Source of the DNA: a virus
Taxonomy: Duplodnaviria > Caudoviricetes
Length of the DNA: 40,936 nt
Virus record (IMG/VR): IMGVR_UViG_3300032320_002821
Location: 1 to 40,936 of that record
Strand: one strand, 5' to 3'
Shown here in pieces: positions 6,156 to 12,408 of this stretch. The translations under genes and the position numbers were made by a program. Below the pieces are notes generated by a model, which was not told the DNA's origin, did no database searches, and saw only the letters and a program-made list of their open reading frames with translations. Position 1 is the first letter of the stretch. Every line of letters begins with the position of its first letter.

Positions 6156-6545
6156 TCAGTCCTTCGGGGTCGCTCCGGGCTTGCGGCGGTTCTGATCGAA
6201 CTGGTCATCCCGGCTGTCGATCCAGTTCGCGGTGGCGAGCATCATGTACGCCATCGACCGCAGTTCCGAGGGGGAGAGTGCCATGCGGACGGCTTCCCCG
6301 TCCAGTCCCCGGAAGACCATCAGCGCACCGTGGTGGGGCAGGGCGTGGGTGCGAACCGAGTAGGGACCGACCGGAGCGATGAAGGCAGCGCCACGGTGGT
6401 ACTTGAACTGGACGCGGGTGTAGTTGCTGCGGTTGGCGATGGTGCAGTCACCGATGGTCAGGTTGCGCTCCGCGCTGCGGAGGTTGTCGATGATGCGGGA
6501 GGGGGAGAGGACGATGTCGATGGGGCTGTGGTAGGTGGTGCTCAT
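6156..6545 (-). CDS. hypothetical early protein (start MSTTYHS)
   Basis: Leaderless promoter 6552-6580 defines the start. Confidence 0.85.
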   Translation of the reverse strand: MSTTYHSPIDIVLSPSRIIDNLRSAERNLTIGDCTIANRSNYTRVQFKYHRGAAFIAPVGPYSVRTHALPHHGALMVFRGLDGEAVRMALSPSELRSMAYMMLATANWIDSRDDQFDQNRRKPGATPKD

Positions 6546-6551
6546 GCGCAC

Positions 6552-6580
6552 ATTGTAACCGATGGCGGGTGAGAATGCAA
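6552..6580 (-). promoter_or_regulatory. sigma70 early promoter, leaderless
   Basis: TTGCAT-17-TACAAT-6-ATG(6545). Confidence 0.85.
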
Positions 6581-6636
6581 GCGGGGGCAAAGAAATTTCT
6601 TTCTTTCTGGTTATCGGGCGGGGGCCTGGGCCTGGG

Positions 6637-6697
6637 CTACTATCCGGCTCGAGGACCATCCCATAACATCCGACGCCCTGTGGGCGTCGGATAGTAG
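6637..6697. repeat. nested inverted-repeat element, copy 4
   Basis: CTACTATCCG...ATCCGACGCCC-tgt-GGGCGTCGGAT-AGTAG. Confidence 0.9.
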
Positions 6698-6703
6698 TCC
6701 CCC

Positions 6704-6785
6704 CAAACAGCCTAGCCCCGAACGAATCGGGGCAGGGAACGAATCCTCTTCGGCTGTTACTGGCACCACCCAGTTATTTGGTGCC
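6704..6785 (-). ncRNA. candidate early small RNA
   Basis: Full promoter upstream but no ATG at +1. 5' hairpin GGCACCA/TGGTGCC, then an AACAGCC/GGCTGTT-closed junction carrying two GATTCGTTC hairpins. Confidence 0.6.
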
Positions 6786-6790
6786 CCGGT

Positions 6791-6819
6791 ATTATACCAG
6801 ATCGGGTGCGAGAATGCAA
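6791..6819 (-). promoter_or_regulatory. sigma70 promoter of the ncRNA candidate
   Basis: TTGCAT-17-TATAAT with TGG extended -10. Confidence 0.85.
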
Positions 6820-6821
6820 GT

Positions 6822-6865
6822 GGGGGAGAGAAACAATTAGAACTAATAGATTGTTTCTCTCCCCC
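6822..6865 (-). terminator. 16-bp hairpin after the WYL_2 gene, overlapping the next promoter's upstream region
   Basis: GGGGGAGAGAAACAAT...ATTGTTTCTCTCCCCC; no clear U tract. Confidence 0.5.
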
Positions 6866-6872
6866 CTTGGGG

Positions 6873-7226
6873 TTAGTGGTTGTTCTCGGGCGCGTCCGCC
6901 GGGATCACCACGGCGCGCAGATCCTCCACGCACAGGGAGCGGATGCCCCCGGCGATGTAGTCGAAGTAGACGAGCGGGGTCGCGTCGAAGTCCTTATCGG
7001 ACTTGCGGATCGCCTCCGCATCGGAGTGGTTGCCGAACGCACCCACGAGCGTGGGGTTCCGGGTGGCGAGCCGGGTCACGACCTTGCCGTCACCCTTGCG
7101 GTAGGTGAGTTCGACCCACCCGTTGGCGAGGAGGGACATCACCTCGTTCGTGCGGGTGAAGAGGTTCGCGGAGATGGGGAAGCCGATGCCGTTGCAGACG
7201 ATGCCGTTGCGGGTGGTGGTGCTCAT
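6873..7226 (-). CDS. WYL_2/DUF2693-like protein (start MSTTTRN)
   Basis: VELTYRKGDG...RLATRNP...YFD....IRS signature; leaderless promoter. Confidence 0.75.
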   Translation of the reverse strand: MSTTTRNGIVCNGIGFPISANLFTRTNEVMSLLANGWVELTYRKGDGKVVTRLATRNPTLVGAFGNHSDAEAIRKSDKDFDATPLVYFDYIAGGIRSLCVEDLRAVVIPADAPENNH

Positions 7227-7232
7227 GGAAGT

Positions 7233-7261
7233 ATTGTACCACAACGCGAGTGAGAATGCAA
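7233..7261 (-). promoter_or_regulatory. sigma70 early promoter, leaderless
   Basis: TTGCAT-17-TACAAT-6-ATG(7226). Confidence 0.85.
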
Positions 7262-7347
7262 GCCCTCTCAAAGAAATTTCTTAAAGTTTGTTATGGGACT
7301 CTCGAGCACCGCGAAAGAAATTTCTTTCAGAGGGCTTGCATTCTCAC
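7250..7347. repeat. 33-bp inverted repeat (32/33 identical) at the strand switch
   Basis: 7250-7282 versus the reverse complement of 7315-7347. Confidence 0.95.
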
Positions 7348-7364
7348 GGCAGGTGTGGTATCAT
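7336..7364 (+). promoter_or_regulatory. sigma70 early promoter, leaderless
   Basis: TTGCAT-17-TATCAT-6-ATG(7371). Confidence 0.85.
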
Positions 7365-7370
7365 GCACGC

Positions 7371-7697
7371 ATGCCCAACAGCACCACCCACAACCACGAA
7401 CACGAACACTTCCCCTGCCAGTGCCACCGCCCCGAGTACGCCTACGATGACCGCCCGTGCCCATCCTGCGAGGAGCAGCAGGAGCGGGAGCGCGAGGCGA
7501 AGCGCGAGGCCAAGCCCACGGGCTCCCGTGAGAACCGATGGGAGATCGCCGGGTACGGCGAGGAGCGCAAGGCGCAGGATGACGCGGAGCGCGATGCCGA
7601 CAACCAAGCGTTCAGCGATGCGGCTAGCCGGATGAGCCGCGAGGACTGGGACGCCGACAACGACTGGCTAGCGAGTGCGGGATGGGGCGAGATGTAA
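7371..7697 (+). CDS. hypothetical early protein (start MPNSTT)
   Basis: CxC...CxxC, a charged helix and a C-terminal LASAGWG. Confidence 0.85.
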   Translation: MPNSTTHNHEHEHFPCQCHRPEYAYDDRPCPSCEEQQEREREAKREAKPTGSRENRWEIAGYGEERKAQDDAERDADNQAFSDAASRMSREDWDADNDWLASAGWGEM

Positions 7698-7722
7698 AGC
7701 CCACCGCCTAACCCCAAGCCAC

Positions 7723-7753
7723 CCACCGCCCCCGAATGGGGGCGGTGGTGTTT
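7723..7753 (+). terminator. intrinsic terminator-like hairpin
   Basis: CCACCGCCCCC-gaat-GGGGGCGGTGG-TGTTT. Confidence 0.65.
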
Positions 7754-7775
7754 ATAGAAATTTCTTTCGACGCGC

Positions 7776-7804
7776 TTGCATATGGCTGGCCGTTGTGGTA
7801 TCAT
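7776..7804 (+). promoter_or_regulatory. sigma70 early promoter, leaderless
   Basis: TTGCAT-17-TATCAT-6-ATG(7811). Confidence 0.85.
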
Positions 7805-7810
7805 GTGGGC

Positions 7811-8026
7811 ATGTGCACCACCACTACCGTTTCTTCCCCCTCGCCCTCTTGCTGCGTCTGCGGCGCTGATCACGTGGATGACCGGGTTCGCCCCACGCCC
7901 GAGGGCGCCATGTGCGTCATGTGCGTTGAGGACATCAGGGCCGACATGTGCGCTGACGCGCATGAGCGTTCGATGGGTTACGAAGGGGACGATGACCCCT
8001 ACTGGGAGCAACACGCGGAGGGCTAA
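7811..8026 (+). CDS. small zinc-finger protein with acidic tail (start MCTTTT)
   Basis: CCVC...CVMC; leaderless promoter. Confidence 0.8.
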   Translation: MCTTTTVSSPSPSCCVCGADHVDDRVRPTPEGAMCVMCVEDIRADMCADAHERSMGYEGDDDPYWEQHAEG

Positions 8027-8040
8027 CCCTCCCAGCCCCC

Positions 8041-8075
8041 AATGCCTGCCCCGAAGGGGCAGGCATTGTTGTTTT
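8041..8075 (+). terminator. intrinsic terminator
   Basis: AATGCCTGCCCC-gaa-GGGGCAGGCATT-GTTGTTTT. Confidence 0.8.
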
Positions 8076-8419
8076 CAAATTTATTTGAAGGTCGATTTGA
8101 GCGTGTCCAAACAGTGATTTGGGTCCCATTTAGGAATCCTGTTATCGGACGAGCTAGCCCCCACCCTCTCCAATTTTCTCAAAAATTCTATAAATTTTTC
8201 AAAATACCTCATATGCCTTAAAAATTTTCCGGGCCCCATAGCCCTCCAAAACCCTTCTGTAGAGCCCTACGATTGACGGAGAGCGATTCTTTGTTTCTTT
8301 TAGGGTCCCAGAGCCTCCTTTAGGGTCTGGAGCCCCTTGAAGGCAAAAACGCCATATACAGAAAAAATTCTGGGCCCCGGAGAGGCCCAGAAAGTTTATC
8401 TAAAAATTTTAAAGCTTTA

Positions 8420-9085
8420 TTAACCGTGCTTCTTCTTCAGTGCCTGACCGATGGAGTGAATGAGATCACCCTTGTGTTCTTCTTCTTGTTCCATTACGTG
8501 ATCTTCGTACCAATCGCTTTCGAATGGGTCAGCTCCCCCTGATCTTTCCATGGCATCGTCATATGATTTCATTTCAAGTGCACTGTTTCCTTGGATGGCA
8601 TGTGGGTGAATTGCCTCTACGGCTGCGCTTACGGATGTGAAGGGAGCTTGCTTGTGAGTATTGAGAATTTCCCTTGCGTGTGCCTCGGATCTCTTTGCGT
8701 TTGGTGCTTGCGATCCGGGACCGGCGGTCAAGTGAGGGAACTTTGTGACGTGCTGGGCCACGATCTCGTCAACGATGGAGTTGTGTGCGGCCTGGGGGTC
8801 CAGTCCGGCGAGAGGTGCGTCGATCTCTCTTTGATAGCCACGCTCGTCTGCTGCTTCGGCTCTGGCGAACAATGCTCTGCCTCTCATCTCGGTTGGGCTT
8901 GTGTACGGGGATTGGCCTGTTCCGATCAGTGCGCTGAAGGCTTTGTCTCTTGCTCTGTTGATGACTTGGCGTCTTCCGGGGGTCATTCCACCGGGATAGG
9001 CTTCATTGAGCATTTGCTGAAGATTATTAACTCTCTCTTGGAGTTGTTCCGATAGATTCTTGTAGTAGTTTGTTAGATAGTCCAT
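8420..9085 (-). CDS. hypothetical late protein, possible internal head protein (start MDYLTNYY)
   Basis: TATAAATA-5-ATG; N-terminus shared with 9156..9662. Confidence 0.8.
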   Translation of the reverse strand: MDYLTNYYKNLSEQLQERVNNLQQMLNEAYPGGMTPGRRQVINRARDKAFSALIGTGQSPYTSPTEMRGRALFARAEAADERGYQREIDAPLAGLDPQAAHNSIVDEIVAQHVTKFPHLTAGPGSQAPNAKRSEAHAREILNTHKQAPFTSVSAAVEAIHPHAIQGNSALEMKSYDDAMERSGGADPFESDWYEDHVMEQEEEHKGDLIHSIGQALKKKHG

Positions 9086-9090
9086 GAGAA

Positions 9091-9098
9091 TATTTATA
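9091..9098 (-). promoter_or_regulatory. T4-type late promoter
   Basis: TATAAATA, 5 nt before the ATG. Confidence 0.8.
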
Positions 9099-9155
9099 AA
9101 AAAATTTCGGTCCAAAAAGGCCCGAAAAATTTATTGTGAGATTTTTAAGTTTTAT

Positions 9156-9662
9156 TTAGTATTGAGTTGATGGAGAGACAATTGTAGTTTCTGGAGAATT
9201 TTGTCCATATCTTCCTCGCATTACATCAACGGCAGTTCGCATTTGTGCTGGCAGTGCTCTACCCATTTCTGGATAATCTTTTACTGAACCAAACAAGGAA
9301 GCCGATGACCTCGGATTGACTCTTTCACCCATTGCATGTTGTGCAAAACTATATTCAATATCGTTTCCCGGAAATTTTACGTTAACATCATCAATGTCTG
9401 CCAAAACTCTCTGTACAGCTGCCACGTGTGCTGGGTTTTGGTGAATTGGGTGGGATTTGTCTGAAAGCGCAGACCTTAATTGTTCTACGTCTACTTTTCT
9501 TTTAAGACCTTGACCATAGGCACTAATCGGCGCACCAGAATCTCTAGCTTTGCTTGCTGTTAAAAATTTTCCTTCGGGGCTGTAAATTTGAGCTTCGAGT
9601 AGATTTATTTTTTCTTGAAGTTGTTCGCAAAGATTTTTGTAGTAGTTTGTCAGATAATGCAT
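9156..9662 (-). CDS. hypothetical late protein, possible internal head protein
   Basis: MHYLTNYYKNLCEQLQE leader; TATAAATA-5-ATG. Confidence 0.8.
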   Translation of the reverse strand: MHYLTNYYKNLCEQLQEKINLLEAQIYSPEGKFLTASKARDSGAPISAYGQGLKRKVDVEQLRSALSDKSHPIHQNPAHVAAVQRVLADIDDVNVKFPGNDIEYSFAQHAMGERVNPRSSASLFGSVKDYPEMGRALPAQMRTAVDVMRGRYGQNSPETTIVSPSTQY

Positions 9663-9667
9663 AAAAT

Positions 9668-9675
9668 TATTTATA
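9668..9675 (-). promoter_or_regulatory. T4-type late promoter
   Basis: TATAAATA, 5 nt before the ATG. Confidence 0.8.
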
Positions 9676-10045
9676 AAATTTGCACACCTTCGTCATTGGT
9701 GTAGTAAATTTTATAGAATGCTTCCTCGCACCACTTGGCACAGACGGGGCAGGGCTTTGAGTTCCTGAAGTGTCCGAATCGATTGAACCGAAAGTTCAAA
9801 AGAATCAATTTTTCACCGCGCATGTTCTTGGGAACTTTTCTCCATGCATCCAATTCAGAATGCATTTCTGCACAACGGTATCCCAAACGAAAAGAATCGG
9901 GGTGGGTCTTAAAAATATTTTGACCCACCGCGATTATCTTTCGCTTATGGATGACCAGCGATATGTGCTTCTTCTGCCTTTCCATTGCCATCGATAGAGG
10001 CTTGGCAATGGGAACAAAATTTTCAATCACATGCTGGATATTCAT
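9671..10045 (-). CDS. cytidine/dCMP deaminase-superfamily protein
   Basis: HSE and SKPCPVC zinc motifs. Confidence 0.8.
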   Translation of the reverse strand: MNIQHVIENFVPIAKPLSMAMERQKKHISLVIHKRKIIAVGQNIFKTHPDSFRLGYRCAEMHSELDAWRKVPKNMRGEKLILLNFRFNRFGHFRNSKPCPVCAKWCEEAFYKIYYTNDEGVQIL

Positions 10046-10046
10046 A

Positions 10047-10355
10047 TTACGTCGTCAGCTTCAGCTTGCTCAAGGGATCAACTCCCTTGGAAGGGGTCAC
10101 GATGCCCTTGTTGAGACTTGCATCATACTGGCTCTTGAGTTCTTCGAGAGGCTCGACAGTAAATGCAACAAATGACTTAGCGACTTCAACGCCCTTTGCT
10201 GCCTTTGTGTACATCATCCAAGGCATTAGACCAATCTGGCCCTGACCGACTGGAACAAGAATTGCAGCATCCTTTAGGATGTAGGAGGTGTCCTTTTCCT
10301 CAAATCGTGCGAGAATTTCTTCACCAGAGTTTAGTCTAAATACTTTTACGTTCAT
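10047..10355 (-). CDS. Sm-like fold protein typical of T4-like phages
   Basis: VKVFRL.SGEEI.A...IGL.PW...Y...F/L...I..P pattern; AAGGA SD. Confidence 0.65.
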   Translation of the reverse strand: MNVKVFRLNSGEEILARFEEKDTSYILKDAAILVPVGQGQIGLMPWMMYTKAAKGVEVAKSFVAFTVEPLEELKSQYDASLNKGIVTPSKGVDPLSKLKLTT

Positions 10356-10422
10356 TGTGGTTCCTTTTTAAATGGTAAGAGCAAGTATAATATCAATTTT
10401 TTTAATAGCAAGCATCATTTCC

Positions 10423-11226
10423 ATGAAATCATTTAAAAGTTTTTTACTAGAGCAAAATACTAACAATTATGTTACCTCTTTATACAGAGCTCTTATTTCT
10501 GCTGAACACAGAGGCGTTGTTAAAGATCCTACAAAGTTTGATAAAAAACTTTATATAAGAACAAAATATAAACCAAAAGATGACATATCCACTGCATATG
10601 GTCCAGGTCAAATTACGGGAACCACGATAGAAGATGCACGCAAACGGCGCCCTGAAAATTTTTCTAAAGACGATGATGAATTTTTAAATGCTTTTGTTCA
10701 ACAGGGCAAAAAAATGAAAGCTGCCAAGCCTGATGATAAAACCTACGGTTATGGATGTGAAGGTGATTTGTGTGATGAAAAATATCATGAACCGTATGAG
10801 CGCGCTGCGGTAGGAGTTTTGAAAACAAAATTACAAGATGCTAAAATTGATCCAACCCAAGAATTGACCGCAGACAATTTAACTAAAGCAATACGCAGAT
10901 GGCGTGGAGCTCCAGAAAATGATGAGACAACAAAATCTGGTAAAGTAGTAAAGGGTGACCCCGAATATTATAAAATTGTTAGAAAAAAATATGAAGAATA
11001 TTTTGCTTCAAAAAAACCAACGCCGACAGTAACAGCGGAACCAAAACCAGAACCAAGCACAAATACGGAAACTGCACCACCAAACAATGAGTATACAATT
11101 GCTCCCGGGGATACATTCTGGGATCTTGGTGGTGGAACTCCAGCTGGTGTAAAAAAACTCCAAGACTTAAATCCTGGAGTTAACCCAAATAAAATTAAAC
11201 CGGGTCAAAAAATCAAAAGAGGTTAA
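10423..11226 (+). CDS. lysozyme/transglycosylase-like protein with C-terminal LysM (start MKSFKSFLLE)
   Basis: AE...STAYGPGQIT motif; YTIAPGDTFWDL...LQDLNPGVNPNKIKPGQKI LysM after a P/T linker. Confidence 0.75.
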   Translation: MKSFKSFLLEQNTNNYVTSLYRALISAEHRGVVKDPTKFDKKLYIRTKYKPKDDISTAYGPGQITGTTIEDARKRRPENFSKDDDEFLNAFVQQGKKMKAAKPDDKTYGYGCEGDLCDEKYHEPYERAAVGVLKTKLQDAKIDPTQELTADNLTKAIRRWRGAPENDETTKSGKVVKGDPEYYKIVRKKYEEYFASKKPTPTVTAEPKPEPSTNTETAPPNNEYTIAPGDTFWDLGGGTPAGVKKLQDLNPGVNPNKIKPGQKIKRG

Positions 11227-11783
11227 AATGGTAGGGGTTCTTCAATAACTTCAGCAGTCTTTGATACCCACCACTCCGGTTCCTCGGAGTAATTCCACGC
11301 CGCAAACCGGGACTTCTCGTTAAGATAATAACTGCGGTAAGCAACAACGGCATTCTCATGTTGGTACTGCTCAGGCATTGCCTGTGCAAACTTAGTAAGT
11401 TTGGCCTTGGTAATGTTAACCGGAGGATCGTAAAGTTCATCAAGAAGCATGGACTCCATCTTATGCACCTTACCATATCGGCGGGTGTATTCCTTGCAGA
11501 GAGCATATGCATGCCGCCACAACCAAATGTAGTTTGCCCGAGTCTCACGTGCCCAAATTGTGCAAGGATGATTGATCATCGTAGCCTTGCAGATGTTCTT
11601 CTTGGTGCAGATGTACGACTTGAACTTGCGCTTGCCGGTATTGACGATCAATTCGTCACCATCAAGAACATGGTGAGCGGTTGAAAGCAATTGGCAAGAT
11701 TCAACAACCATTTTACACACATGTTTATCACACATCATACGAGCCGAAGTAGCTGCATCATTATCTAGTACAAATATGTTCAT
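11223..11783 (-). CDS. pyrimidine-dimer DNA glycosylase (DenV/Pyr_excise)-related protein
   Basis: MNIFVLD...CDKHV.KM..E..QLLST...NHPC..W...NY.WL...AYR.YY. Confidence 0.75.
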   Translation of the reverse strand: MNIFVLDNDAATSARMMCDKHVCKMVVESCQLLSTAHHVLDGDELIVNTGKRKFKSYICTKKNICKATMINHPCTIWARETRANYIWLWRHAYALCKEYTRRYGKVHKMESMLLDELYDPPVNITKAKLTKFAQAMPEQYQHENAVVAYRSYYLNEKSRFAAWNYSEEPEWWVSKTAEVIEEPLPF

Positions 11784-12277
11784 TGGTTACCTTTAGACTC
11801 GAGATAATACACTAGCTTTTTTAGTTCGTCAAGTGTTGCATCTCTTTTTATTCTATTTGCTCTGTCAGAAATTACACAAACATTTCCTTTTATATAACCT
11901 TTTGATGGAATCAATTTATCAAGACTTAAAGAATTATTATGAAAAGTATTTGTACCATTTTTAAGAGGTATTCCAAAAACAGGACAGTGTGTTGGTATTA
12001 AATCTTGTATAAATTTTTGATCTAAGTCAAATGGAAGATTTTGTTTTTTTGCTCTTTGTTTTGCCCCATGATACATTCTATATGCTGGGTCTTCCCTTCT
12101 TCTTTTTTCTCTTTGTGCGTGTGCTCGCAAATCGCTTGGAGTTTTTCTTTTTTGTGTTCGAAGATTAATACATTCTCGACAAGTGTTTCTTGTGTATTCT
12201 TTTTTATTTTTTGGGTGAGTCCAAGTTTGAAAACAATCTACCGATTTATTAATTTTACAATTTTTACATTTTTTCAT
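11780..12277 (-). CDS. HNH-type endonuclease (start MKKCKNC)
   Basis: CxxC pairs; CPVFG...SLDK..P.KGY..GNV.VIS..AN; TCTAAATA-5-ATG. Confidence 0.8.
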   Translation of the reverse strand: MKKCKNCKINKSVDCFQTWTHPKNKKEYTRNTCRECINLRTQKRKTPSDLRAHAQREKRRREDPAYRMYHGAKQRAKKQNLPFDLDQKFIQDLIPTHCPVFGIPLKNGTNTFHNNSLSLDKLIPSKGYIKGNVCVISDRANRIKRDATLDELKKLVYYLESKGNQ

Positions 12278-12335
12278 ATAATTATTTAGATAAACACATT
12301 TTTTTATATGCTTATCACACAAATAATACACGAAT

Positions 12336-12370
12336 AAAAAGAAACAACTCCCACACAATCTGGGAGTTGT
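12336..12370 (-). terminator. intrinsic terminator after guaC
   Basis: ACAACTCCCA...TGGGAGTTGT-TTCTTTTT, preceded by a second hairpin ACCAAAGAT/ATCTTTGGT. Confidence 0.75.
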
Positions 12371-12408
12371 CGGACCAAAGATGCTATCTTTGGTGGGGTT
12401 AAAGTTAT

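Noticed and set aside
3082-6697. Repeat elements as a CRISPR array
   Set aside because: Copies are 0.8-1.7 kb apart with whole genes between them, the internal sequence varies, and no cas genes are present.
5603-7811. ORF-track starts at 5648, 6659, 7271, 7293 and 7736
   Set aside because: The extensions merely translate promoter DNA; the fixed -10/ATG geometry marks the downstream ATGs.
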